Positions 12,735 to 25,046 are shown, counted from the first letter of the stretch. The stretch is DNA of 64,000 nucleotides from Octopus vulgaris (GCA_951406725.2 OX597836.1:22568001-22632000); one strand, 5' to 3'. Numbers and translations are program-made. The notes: a model not told the origin generated them from the sequence alone.

Positions 12735-13096
12735 CAGACTTCTTTCAGTTTCTGTCTATCAAATCCACTCACAAGGCTTTGAGCAATGCAAGGCTATAGT
12801 AGAAGACACTTGCTCAAGGTACCACACTGAACCCAGAACCATGTGGTTGGGAAGCAAGCTTCTTACCAAAACAGCCACATCTGATAACATAATAATGTCA
12901 TCAGGTGTGTGATAATGGTTTCAAATTTGGCACAAGGCCAGCTGATTGCGACGAGGTGAGAAATTGACCACATCAACCCTTGAAAGGATGAAAAGCAAAG
13001 TTGACTCCGGCAGAATTTGAACTCAGAACGTTGTCAGAAGAAATTATACTAAGCATGTTGTCCAGCACAGTAACGTTTCTGCCAGCTGGCCTCTTT

Positions 13097-13513
13097 TATT
13101 ACTCTTTTACTCTTTTACTTGTTTCAGTCATTTGACTGCGGCCATGCTGGAGCACCGCCTTTAGTCAAGCAAATCGACCCCGGGACTTATTCTTTGTAAG
13201 CCCAGTACTTATTCTATTGGTCTCTTTTGCCGAACCGCTAAGTGACGGGGACATAAACACACCAGCATCGGTTGTCAAGCAATGCTAGGGGGACAAACAC
13301 AGACACACAAACATATACACACACACTTATATATATATATACATATATCCGACAGGCTTCTTTCAGTTTCCGTCTACCAAATCCACTCACAAGGCATTGG
13401 TCGGCCTGAGGCTATAGCAGAAGACACTTGCCCAAGATGCCACGCAGTGGGACTGAACCCAGAACCACGTGGTTGGTTAGCAAGCTACTTACCACACAGC
13501 CACTCCTGCACCT
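13097..13513 (-). mobile_element. Full-length SINE-A
   Basis: Complete head-core-microsatellite-tail match to other copies. Confidence 0.92.
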
Positions 13514-13739
13514 ATTATTTGTAATAATAAAAAAAACCCAGCTTTTTCTGTCATTGTGTACTTACATACATATATTCCTACCCACCCACTTGTGTGTGGG
13601 TGGGTGTGTGTGTGCATTTATATATTATTAGAGGCTGAGGGTTCAGAAATCATTATTCTGAACTTTGCATTGCCAATTGTTCAAATGATTTGTCTTATAA
13701 TGAAATTCTGTTTGTAAACACAGAAGTTCACCAATCTAT

Positions 13740-13777
<38 letters not shown>

Positions 13778-13812
13778 TCACATCCATATGCATATCGGTA
13801 TATGTTCATATA

Positions 13813-13848
<36 letters not shown>

Positions 13849-14049
13849 CATACACACACATACATACACACATATATATATATATAGATATATAGATATA
13901 GATGTATTTATACATATACATTTGTATATATATATACATATATATACATCCTTATATACATATCATATACTATATATATATATATATACATACATACATA
14001 CATACATACATATATGCGTACACACACCATGCACATATACATATGTGCA

Positions 14050-14100
<51 letters not shown>

Positions 14101-14125
14101 GTACATATACACTCACACACACATA

Positions 14126-14345
14126 CAAGGGGGTGCTGAAAAGTTCCTGGCTTTGAGGGTATTGTGAAAGACCTGGCTGGAGGCCCAACCTTCCGAGTTC
14201 TTCTTTTATGGGGCTTAGAAAAACCGAAGGACCACTGGAATAAGTGTGTGGATCTGAGAGGGGAATACGTAGAATATAATCTTAATTAACTGCTCCTCCC
14301 GTATTTCCTTTAACCCAAAGCCAGGAATTTTTCAGCACCTCCTTA
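14126..14345 (+). mobile_element. Internally deleted mariner (MITE-like)
   Basis: TA|CAAGGGGGTGCTGAAAAGTTCCTGGCTTT ... AAAGCCAGGAATTTTTCAGCACCTCCTTA|TA; internal remnant [14 protein letters not shown] matches a mariner transposase C-terminus. Confidence 0.85.
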
Positions 14346-14655
14346 TACACACACATTTATATACATGAATATTACAACATAATTCCCCTATTTTACCTCT
14401 TCTCTTTCTCTCAGATTGCATGTTCACACACGTGTGTGTATGTGTGTGTGTGTGTGTGTGTATGTGTGCGTGAGTATGGAAGTGTTTATGCGTGTTGATG
14501 TGCATTGATAACTACGAAATTCAATCCATGCAAAAGTTCCATGAGGCTATCAAAGAGGAAACATACATAAGCATAAACATAGATGCAAATACATATAAAC
14601 ACATAATACATAAAGCACGCGCGTAGACACACACACACACACACACACATATATG

Positions 14656-14690
<35 letters not shown>

Positions 14691-15224
14691 CCATAATTAG
14701 TTATTTTCGCTCCAATTCATGTGTGAAAGATGAAGTAATGGATGTAATAAATTAAAAATTTAGGCAGAGTGTATATATACAAGATTGGTTTCCTGCTAAC
14801 AAGATGTTACCAGAGACTATAATGAGTATTTCAGGTGTATACCACTCCTGCATATACACTACACAAGATAAATAGTATATACATACATATTTGTGTGTGT
14901 GTGTGTGTACTTACACATGCATAGACAGAAATATATTCATTACATATAAGAAATTAGAATGTCAAAGGAAGAAACAATTATGTTGTGAGTTTCATAAGCT
15001 TACTGCCGTTTCTGCTATAAGCTGCCTTGCACTCTGTTGTGTGGATGTCCCCAGATGATGAAGTAGGCTAGCCCAATACGTAGATATAGAAGGAGAAGCC
15101 TAGACATCAGAGCTGAGTTGAGTAGAGGTCATCCGAACGTGCGATATAACAGTGGTGATGAGGATTTCGTAGTACACAAAGCCACTGCGTAGTATTGTGA
15201 CATAACACACTCCTAGCTAAATGC

Positions 15225-15444
15225 TTCGAGCGAGGTCGTTGCCAGCGCCGCCTGACTGGTCCCATGCCGGTGGCATGTAAAAGCACCCACTACACTCTCG
15301 GAGTGGTTGGCGTTAGGAAGGGCATCCAGCTGTAGAAACTCTGCCAGATCAAGATTGAAGCCTGGTGCAGCCATCTGGTTCGCCAGCCCTCAGTCATATG
15401 TCCAGCCCATGCCAGCATGGAAAGCAGACGATGATGATGATGAT
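15225..15444 (+). mobile_element. RTE 3' tail fragment
   Basis: AAAGCACCCACTACACTC..GGTTGGCGTTAGGAAGGGCATCCAGC..(GAT)n. Confidence 0.88.
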
Positions 15445-15454
15445 CCCCTTATAG

Positions 15455-15618
15455 AAGAGCTCTGCAACCTTTTTCCACTCGCGGCACACTTATATTCTAT
15501 TCAGAATTCAGTGGAACACCGGAACTAAAAGTATAACTAAAAGTATAGGGGAAAAAATTATATTCAGGTGATACTGCGGCACACCAGTGGTTCATGGCAT
15601 ATCAGTTGCAGAACACTG
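15455..15618. mobile_element. hAT (Charlie-like) MITE
   Basis: TIRs AAGAGCTCTGCAAC / GTTGCAGAACACTG; 8-bp TSD CCTTATAG / CCCTATAG; internal GCGGCACAC motifs. Confidence 0.7.
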
Positions 15619-16017
15619 CCCTATAGCTTCATCAGAGCTTCAAACAAACTGCCCATTCAATGTAGTTTCTTGTTAAAAGAAAGACTTCAATACCACTTAG
15701 GCTCCAAGTTTACATTGAAATTATCGATCAATTTCCAACATTCTGTTAGGCTATATCTACAAATGGCTCAAAGACATCACTTACATACGCACAAACATAC
15801 ACATACATGTATCCACCAAATTTACTCACATGTCTTTGGTCAGCCTGGAGCTAAAGTAGAAACGCTTTACCAAAGAGCCACTCAATGCAACTGAACCCCA
15901 AATCATATAGTTGAGAAACCATTTTCTGAGACTTACAGATATTTCTGAATATATTTCTCAATATATCTTTATGTTATAATAATAGAGGATGTTATATAAT
16001 GTAGAACTGTTATAATG

Positions 16018-16076
<59 letters not shown>

Positions 16077-16526
16077 GACAATAATAATAATAATAACGAC
16101 AATAATAATAATGTAGTTTGATATATAGGTAAGATTATACACAGAAGGATACAGACATGTAGAATACAGTATGGAGAGACAAGTATCGACACTAATAATA
16201 AAATATCAATTTTTGGTGTTGGACCCAAAGGATTTTGAATGTGTTGTGTCACCAACAAGAAGGAAAATTAATGTTTTAATATTAATATTTGTATTTCCAA
16301 ATGGATTTTGCATGAATATCTACGCAAGTATATTAGATATTTTGTTTCATATATAACAGACACCCTCATATATATACAGTATGCAGACAAAGAATTGATG
16401 CAGCTGACAACATTCAGGAATAAAAGGCATAAAAATCTGTTAAGATTTATCGAAAATCCAAAATACATGAAATTATCGAACTTGTATGCTACATAGTTAT
16501 TCAATACAAACTCCCACTAGCTTTAA

Positions 16527-17000
16527 CCCTTTAGCATTCAGATTGCTTTGTCAAATATAATCTTTTTTATTCACATCATTCCAAATTAACCCTGAATTAT
16601 TTTGAAGCCTTGGGATGTCAATGAAGTCATCATTTCGTTGTTAAACACCTGCCTTCCATGCTGGCCAGGCAGAAGACTGCATCAGGCTTCAGAATCTGTT
16701 TTGACACAGTTTATACCCCTGGATGCCCTTCCTAATTCTAATTGCCCCACAAAGTGGACCGAGTGCTTTTTATGTAGCACCAGCACAAACGAGGTCGGTT
16801 TTGGTATGATTTTTACAGATGGATGCACTTCCAAATGCCAACCACTCTACAGTGTGGACTGGATGCTTTTTTTTTACGTGGAGATGCTTTAATTTTGGAA
16901 TAACACTGTAAGAGAGGTGTGAGAGGCCAAATCTGGTCAGTTTGAACATAAGACAGGTAGCATATTTGGACCAGATATGGCTGGTTTAAATACTAAAGAG
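16527..17000. mobile_element. piggyBac-type MITE (TTAA TSD) containing an RTE-tail fragment
   Basis: TTAA|CCCTTTAGCATT ... AATACTAAAGAG|TTAA; related ends near 23800 and 41517. Confidence 0.7.
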
Positions 17001-17125
17001 TTAATATCCTTGAGGCAACCACAGAATTGGAAACAGGCGTGTTACATGTTTGCGGCTGACGAATCTCAGAATTCCTGGCTTCAGCTCATCCTTGGTGTTG
17101 CAGGTTGCCTTCTTGGTGACTCTCT

Positions 17126-17349
17126 TATTTCTTTACGGCTCACAAGGGGCTACACACAGAGGAGACAAACAAGGACAGACAAACGGATTAAGTCGATTAT
17201 AATGACCCCAGTGCGCAACTGGTACTTATTTAATCGACCCCGAAAGGATGAAAGGCAAAGTCGACCTCAGCAGAATTTGAACTCAGAATGTAGCAGCAAA
17301 CTGCTAAGCATTTCACTCAGCATGCTAACGTTTCTGCTGGCTCGCTGCC
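17126..17349 (-). mobile_element. SINE-B inserted into the maT transposase
   Basis: SINE-B homology; TSD CTTGGTGA(C/T)TCTCT. Confidence 0.88.
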
Positions 17350-18568
17350 TTGGTGATTCTCTGAACTGTTCCCCAGAAAAATAATCTAGAGGATTGCAGT
17401 CTAGAGAGGTAGGAGGTCTTGTGTCTGAGCTGAAATGGTCATAAATGTTGTCTGAGAGCCAGTTTTGAATCTCCCTGTCTGTATGTGCAGGTGCAGAATC
17501 TTGCTGGAACACATAAAGTTTTCCCCCTTGCTACTTCTTCAATCCAGGGCTTCTACACAGTTTCCAGAACCCTCTGGTACACATCCTGGTCCACCTCCAG
17601 GCCCACATTAGAGATGTGAGAGGGTATGACATGTCCCTCACATCCAATCACACCAAGAACCATGATGTGGACAAGAAAGCTGGTTTTCATGACCCTGGGA
17701 AGATCATACAAGCTAACTGCTAACCACCAACTATTCCGCTTGTTGTGTGCCTTGTTCTGACGAAAGAATTTCCATCTTAGAAAAACCTCAATATGTTTGA
17801 TTCCAAGGGATGCTTCAACTTGTTTAACAGCTTCTTGGCCCCCTTCACATGGTTTTTTGGGGGACTTCTGAGTGAGCATCTGTCCTGTTTGCAACTTGTA
17901 AGACTTATAACAAAGGATTTTAAAATTCCATAAGTCCTAAGAATCTTCACATCACAGCCGAGTTGCCTGGCAATCCCACATATCCCAATGGAGATGTTTT
18001 CCTCTATGGACTGCCCAGCTTTCTGACTGAAATCAGCATCTCCCACCCCCTTTTTTTTTTACAGTAATTATGAGTTTTCCCAGCAGCCTCAGTATCAATG
18101 CCAAAGTTATTGTCCTCTGATTCCTTCCTCACACCTCTGGACCGCATGTAGTTGTCAACAACAGCCCTGTTATTCATGTTGGCACATGCTGCATTCTACA
18201 CCACCTTCCTTCTCCATTCCTCAGGCAACTTGGATTCTTTTAATCTGCCTGGGTTGAACATTTTTGTTTGAAGCTCAGTACAATCTGAAAGAAAAGCAAT
18301 ATCAATTTACATCATAGCTTTCAAAATAGTATTTTTAATTTTTGTTTAAACAGGTGCTAGTTTAAAATTCACACATGTATACATGTACGTGTGTGTGTGT
18401 ATGTATATATATATATATTATCCAAATAATAAGAGAAAGAAATACTTTAACACATCTTTAATGATCAGTTACAACTGTTTCTGTACCAACTCAGCTTGCA
18501 GTGCCAGTTTATGTAATATTCAAAGTGAAAATTTACATAATATTTGCTATTTTACGTGTGTATATATG

Positions 18569-18625
<57 letters not shown>

Positions 18626-18654
18626 CAAGTATATAATTGTAATTGTAGCTGTGA

Positions 18655-18966
18655 TACCAGTGCCGGTAGAACCATCCGAACGTGGCCGTTGCCAGCGCCG
18701 CCCCGACTGGCCTCTGTGCTGTTGGAACATAAAATGCACCATCCGATTGTGGTCGTTGCCAGCCTTGTCTGGCACCTGTGCTGGTGGCATGTAAAAAGCA
18801 CCCACTACACTCATGGAGTGGTAGGCGTTAGGAAGGGCATCCAGCCGTAGAAACATTGCCAGATCAACTGGGCCTGGTGCAGCCTTCTGGCTTCCCAGAC
18901 CCCAGTTAAACCGTCCAACCCATGCTAGCATGGAAAGCGGACAATAAACGATGATGATGATGATGA
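18655..18966 (+). mobile_element. RTE 3' UTR/tail fragment
   Basis: Homology to 5620-5883. Confidence 0.88.
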
Positions 18967-18980
18967 TATAATTTTATAAA

Positions 18981-19220
18981 TATAATTATAAAATCATAAT
19001 AAGGGCAGTTATGAGGTAATGCCGCATGGTAGAAGAAGACGCCAAATGGCTCTAAACTACTTTACCTATCTCATAGACATGTGCTGAAAGTGAGGAAATG
19101 AACCAAAAAGAATGTGTCTATGTGATAGGTAAAGTAGTTTAGAGCCATTTGGCATCTTCTTCTAGCATGTGGCATTACCTTATTGTAACTGCTCTTAAAA
19201 TTATATTTTTTATAATTATA
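18981..19220. repeat. Long inverted repeat (about 80-bp core arms, about 33-nt spacer)
   Basis: 19001-19080 is the reverse complement of 19114-19196 with a few mismatches. Confidence 0.9.
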
Positions 19221-19223
19221 GTA

Positions 19224-19536
19224 GCACCTTGGGCAAGTGTCTTCTACTGTAGCCTCGGGCCGACCAAAGCCTTGTGAGTGAATTTGGTAGACGGAAACTG
19301 AAAGAAACTGTATGTGTGAGTATACGTTTGTGTGTCTGTGTTTGTCCCCCCAACATCGCTTGACAACTGATACTGATGTGTTTAAGTCCCCGTAACTTAG
19401 CGGTTTGGCAAAAGAGACCGATAGAATAAGTACTAGGCTTACAAAGAATAAGTCCCGGGGTCGATTTGCTCGACTAAATGTGGTGCTCCAGCATGGCCGC
19501 AGTCAAATGACTGAAACAAGTAAAAAAGTAAAAGAG
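19224..19536 (+). mobile_element. 5'-truncated SINE-A
   Basis: Core and tail homology. Confidence 0.9.
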
Positions 19537-19743
19537 TATACATACACACACAGTTGTGTGTGTATGTGCGTGCGTGTATGTGTGTACGTGTGTTTGTGTG
19601 TGTGCATGTGTGTGTGTGTTTGTGTGTGTATGTATGCATGCATGTGTGTGTTTGTGTGTGTATGTGTGCATGCATGTATGTGTGCGTGTTTAAGTATGTA
19701 CATGCATATGTCTAAGCATAGGCATATAATATATATATATATA

Positions 19744-20163
19744 GGCGCAGGAGTGGCTGTGTGGTAAGTAGCTTCCTAACCAACCACATGGTTCCGGGTT
19801 CAGTCCCACTGCGTGGTATCTTGGGCAAGTGTCTTCTGCTATAGCCCCTGGCCGACCAATGCCTTGTGAGTGGATTTGGTAGACAGAAACTGAAAGAAGC
19901 CTGTCGTATATATGTATATATATATATATATATATAAGTGTGTGTGTATATGTTTGTGTGTCTGTGTTTGTCCCCCTAGCATTGCTTGACAACCGATGCT
20001 GGTGTGTTTACGTCCCCGTCACTTAGCGGTTCGGCAAAAGAGACCGATAGAATAAGTACTGGGCTTACAAAGAATAAGTCCCGGGGTCGATTTGCTCGAA
20101 TAAAGGCAGTGCTCCAGCATGGCCGCAGTCAAATGACTGAAACAAGTAAAAAAGTAAAAGAGT
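19744..20163 (+). mobile_element. Full-length SINE-A
   Basis: GGCGCAGGAGTGGCTGTGTGG head through AAACAAGTAAAA tail. Confidence 0.93.
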
Positions 20164-20286
20164 ATACATACACACACAGGTGTGTGTGTATGTGTGCGCG
20201 TGTGTGTATGTGTGCATGTGTGTGTGTTTGTGTGTGTATGTGTGTATGTTTAAGTATGTACATGCATATGTCTAAGCATAGGCATA

Positions 20287-20327
<41 letters not shown>

Positions 20328-20722
20328 TTCAGTAATACAGTGGGTGTTACATTTATGTGTGTTTGCACATTATTTATGTATGTGTGTGATATTTAAGCAA
20401 TATTAAACAAATAATATCAAAACAAACAGAGCAAAAAATAAATAAAATTAAAATAAAAACAATTTGTGTGCCAAAAAAATATTGCTGTACCTGTGTGCAT
20501 ATGGAATGCAGTCATGTAGGTCTGAGTGACATGGGTAGATGACTTCACATAGAGAAGAGGGTGGATCGCTATCGAAAGATACATTTCGGGTATGCTAGAT
20601 AAAACAACTGTACGGTGGACTGGAGATGTGGTGTTACACAAATATAATTGCATTCCAGCACAGTATAGTGACTGGCATATTATATATACATATATATATT
20701 CATACATACATACATGTGTGTG

Positions 20723-20770
<48 letters not shown>

Positions 20771-21256
20771 TAAATAAAATAAAACATATGCATATATATA
20801 TAAACATATATGTACGTACCTACCTCTACATGTACATATACACGCGTATATGAGTACAGGACACCAAAAGGACGTCGAACACAATGAGAAACGAAAACAT
20901 AGACACAAACCAAAGGAACTGGACATTTATTTAAAAACAGCAGAAAAATAGAGTACAGGACAATTGACACAAAGAAAAACCCCTTCTTCAGTCGCTAAAG
21001 ATTTCATCTACTCTACGTTTTGAAGGATACTATATATATATATATATACATACACACACACACACACACTTTATTATTATTAAAGCTGCAAAAGCATCAC
21101 AAAAATATCACAAAAAACTGCTCTTCAGATGTTCCCATTCCCATTCACCAGACAGCTTAGATTATAAAGCATAATTATTCTATCTCCGGTATTTGAGCAC
21201 TATTTCTTCCAACCTTGTTTCACATTTATGTGCTCACTTTGATATATGTGTGTGTA

Positions 21257-21284
<28 letters not shown>

Positions 21285-21288
<4 letters not shown>

Positions 21289-21665
21289 ACTCATTTCAGT
21301 CATTTGACTGCGGCCATGCTGGAGCACCGCCTTTAGTCGAGCAAATCGACCCCGGGACTTATTCTTTGTATGCCCAGTACTTATTCTATCGGTCTCTTTT
21401 TGCCGAACCACTAAGTGACGGGGACATAAACACACCAGCATCGGTTGTCAAGCAATGCTAGGGGGACAAACACAGACACACAAACACACACACATACATA
21501 CATATATATATATACATATATACGACAGGCTTCTTTCAGTTTCCGTCTACCAAATCCACTCACGAGGCATTGGTCGGCCCAGGGCTATAGCAGAAGACAC
21601 TTGCCTAAGATGCCATGCAGTGGGACTGGTTAGCAAGCTACTTACCACACAGTCACGGCTGCGCC
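21285..21665 (-). mobile_element. SINE-A
   Basis: Homology to 19744-20163 with a small deletion in the head. Confidence 0.9.
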
Positions 21666-21699
<34 letters not shown>

Positions 21700-21849
21700 G
21701 TATTTTTAATACTATCTTTGCTTTTTCTCTTGTGTATTATCTTATATGTGTGTATGTGGGAGTGTATATGTGCATATATATAAGTATGTTGTGGTGGTGG
21801 CGGCGGCGGCAGCGACGGCGACAACGATGACAATGACGACGACGATCCA

Positions 21850-23278
21850 ACTTACAACAATTTCTTGATAGAATCAGGCTGTCATTATGAAATAAACCAC
21901 AATCCATTTCAGGAAACTTTATTCTCAGTAAATTTAAGAATATACTTCTCTATAATTTCACTCACCAATATGCACCTTTAGACATGTTGAATAATTTGCT
22001 CCCACTTTTCTCAACCAATGTGTCATTATCAAAATGTAGGAGCGATTTTCTTGAGTGGATAATCACATCAATCTCTGACTCACTACCATCAGTGATCGTT
22101 TTTGCAAAATCCAGGGTTTTCATTAACAGAGTTTTGATTATAGAGGGATAAAAGTCACCAATGTCAAGCTGCATGAATCTGCAGTTCCCTTCTCTTTTAT
22201 TCCTTTAAGCCATTCCAGCACTTCTAAAGTGTTACACCATAATTTTAAATGATGAAACTGCTTTTACTCAGGAAATGATTTTTTCTCATAATTTTTAGCT
22301 AACTACACCTATTTCTTTACTACCCACAAGGGGCTAAGCACAGAGGGGACGAACAAGGACAGACACACGGATTAAGTCGATTAAATCGTCCCCATTGCAT
22401 AACTGGTACTTATTTAATCGACCCCAAAAGGATGAAAGACAAAGTCGACCTCGGCGGAATTTGAACTCAGAACATAGCGGCAGACGAAATACCTATTTCT
22501 TTATTACCCACAAGGCGCTAAACACAGAGGGGACAAACAAGGACAGACATAGGTGTTAAGTCGATTACATCGACCCCAGTGCGTAACTGGTACTTATTTA
22601 ATCGACCCCGAAAGGATGAAAGGCGAAGTCGACCTCGGCGGAATTTGAACTCAGAACATAGCGGCAGATAAAATACCGCTCAGCATTGCACCTGTCGTGC
22701 TAACGTTTCTGCCAGTTCGCTGCCTTTTTAGCTAACTACACCTAACCCTGGTTTTGCTGGGTTAATCAATCCACACTTAGGGTAACCCTCAAAGTTTACT
22801 TTATGGTCCTTCAGCATTATAAAAGAGAGCTGAGGGGCCAGGTATTCAGCCCTCTTATCTACTTCTAAGTTTCTCAGCTAACTCTTTGGCTTGTTGATTA
22901 ATGGACCTATAAACCTCATTTTTAGATTACTTATAAATATTTGTTATATTATTAGATAGAAGCTTTTTATATGTGCTAACACCTACGCTATACACATTCC
23001 TTGTTTTATCAAAGGAAACATGCAGCTTATCTGATTTGTGTAGATATATAAAACGTTCATTCAACTGACTTTGGAAGCTGTTTTGCACTGTATGGAACTT
23101 GACTATTTTAAAGATGTTTAAAAGAGTCTCTTCAAATTTTTCAGTATCATTGGCATGTGGTAGGTTCTTGCACATTTTGTTGCCTTTATAATGCCCAGTT
23201 TCTCTGCTTTCAATAAAACAAACATGCCACCCTAATCTTCATACAAAGTCGTCTGTTTTCTCCAATATACCTTTCATC
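21850..23278 (-). mobile_element. Penelope-like retroelement relic (probably Naiad clade), N-terminal part of RT
   Basis: GILEKTDDFV*RLGWH, DKTRNVY..YKKLLSNNITNIYK, QLDIGDFYPSI, IIHSRKSLLHFDN and LFNMSKGAY motifs; multiple stops and frameshifts. Confidence 0.8.
22310..22724 (-). mobile_element. Tandem SINE-B dimer inserted into the Penelope-like element
   Basis: One full copy plus one 5'-truncated copy bounded by a single TSD of about 20 bp, TTTTTAGCTAACTACACCTA. Confidence 0.9.
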
Positions 23279-23498
23279 TGATTTGGCAAGGTTTCTACAC
23301 TGGATGCCCTTCCTAATGCCAACCACTCTGAGAGCATAGTGGATGCTTTTATGTGCCACTAGCATGAGGGCCAGTCAGGTGGCACTGGCATCATCCATGC
23401 TTGAATGGTGATTGTTATGTGCCACCAGCACAGGTGCCAGTCAGGCGGCACTAGCATCGGTCATGCTCGAATGGTGCCTCTTATGTGCCACCAGCACA
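23275..23498 (-). mobile_element. RTE 3' UTR fragment
   Basis: Reverse-complement homology with subrepeats. Confidence 0.8.
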
Positions 23499-23549
23499 AT
23501 AAATTCAAAACAATATGGATAAATAAGCATTATATTTTACTGAATAAAA

Positions 23550-23780
23550 GGCGGCGAGCTGGCAGAAACGTTAGCGCGCCGGGCGAAATGCTTAGCGGTA
23601 TTTCGTCTGTCGTTACGTTGTGAGTTCAAATTCCGCCGAGGTCGACTTTGCCTTTCATCCATTCGGGGTCGATAAATTAAGTACCAGTTACGCACTGGGG
23701 TCGATGTAATCGACTTAATCCCTTTGTCTGTCCTTGTTTGTCCCCTCTGTGTTTAGCCCCTTGTGGGTAGTAAAGAAATA
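23550..23780 (+). mobile_element. Full-length SINE-B
   Basis: Near-consensus copy; TSD TATATTTTAC(T/A)GAAT. Confidence 0.93.
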
Positions 23781-24374
23781 TATATTTTACAGAATCACCT
23801 GAATGTTAAAGGGTTAAGGATGAACAACTTTTGATCATAGATCGTAGGAGTGTCTGCTCTCTCAGGGCTGACCTGGAGCTAAACACCACCACCACCACCA
23901 ACAACAACAACATTAGTACCATTACAATCACCAATCACGAATCAATGAGATGACAAGACTTCATCATTCTTGCTTGAGGCAGTGATGAGAAAATTACCCT
24001 GTAGATGTACAAAGTTGTTACAGAGGAAGCAACAAAGATTAACAGCATATTTATAGAATAAGTTACTGAAACACTCTTATCTAGCTATATGCATTTTTCT
24101 ATCTGTCAGGATCTATTTATCTCTTTACCTAACTATTAATATCTGTATCTATCTATTTTCTACTCTGTATCAGTCTTGTTGTCTGTCTATGAGTTATCTG
24201 TCTATTTGTGTCTAAATTTGAGTTTATTTATCTCTCTTTTTTTTCCTCTCCCTTACAGACATACATAATAGTACACACACACACACATATATGTGAATAT
24301 ATGTCTGTATGTACATGTATATATCTGTATATATATATATATGTATATATCTGTATGTGTGTATATGTGTGGGT

Positions 24375-24471
<97 letters not shown>

Positions 24472-24653
24472 TTTATTGTGTATATATCATCATCATCATC
24501 ATCATCATCGAATGCTAGCATGGGTTGGACGGGTCAACTGGGGTCTGTGAAGCTGGAAGGCTTCGTCAGGCCAGTCAGATCTGAACCACCACTCCGTGAG
24601 TGTAGTGGGTGCTTTTACGTGCCACCGCACTGGTGCCAGACAGAGCTGGCAAG

Positions 24654-24697
<44 letters not shown>

Positions 24698-24985
24698 GGA
24701 ATACGGCTATGTCTTGGGTGTGAATTTTTCTTTCATTCCCTTCTTGAGCTTCTGTTCATTTTTGAAATACACACACACACACACACCAATGCAGAAATTC
24801 ATACATATATGGATATATACATATACACACACATATATAAACAGATAGATAAAGATAACTAGATAAGATAGATAAATCACACATTATAAAGAACAAAACA
24901 AAACAAATATATCCCAGTTGACAATTATTCCAAATTCATATTTACACTAATAATAACGACAACAACAACAATAATAATAATAATG

Positions 24986-25046
<61 letters not shown>

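Larger units (their letters stand above)
16377..18378 (-). mobile_element. Decayed maT (DD37D) Tc1/mariner transposon with nested insertions
   Basis: FQQDSAPAH-...-LDCNPLDY with 37 residues between the 2nd and 3rd D; VMKT..IMVLGV..EGHV motif; C-terminus (CNTKDELK...) continues across the inserted elements; exact ends uncertain. Confidence 0.8.

Noticed and set aside
14981-15202. Possible solo LTR (TGTTGTGA...TTGTGACA)
   Set aside because: No matching TSD, no second copy and no internal domain seen
16171-16496. Possible RT remnant (QYADK, LDPKDFECV)
   Set aside because: The motifs are non-canonical; TACAGTATGCAGAC is better explained as the end of the maT element
19744-19815. Functional tRNA genes at SINE heads
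   Set aside because: A and B boxes are present but there is no complete cloverleaf, and the heads are always joined to SINE bodies
23236-23250. Selenocysteine TGA in the Penelope-like ORF
   Set aside because: It falls at an expected Arg position in a copy with many other disruptions; CpG decay is the simpler explanation
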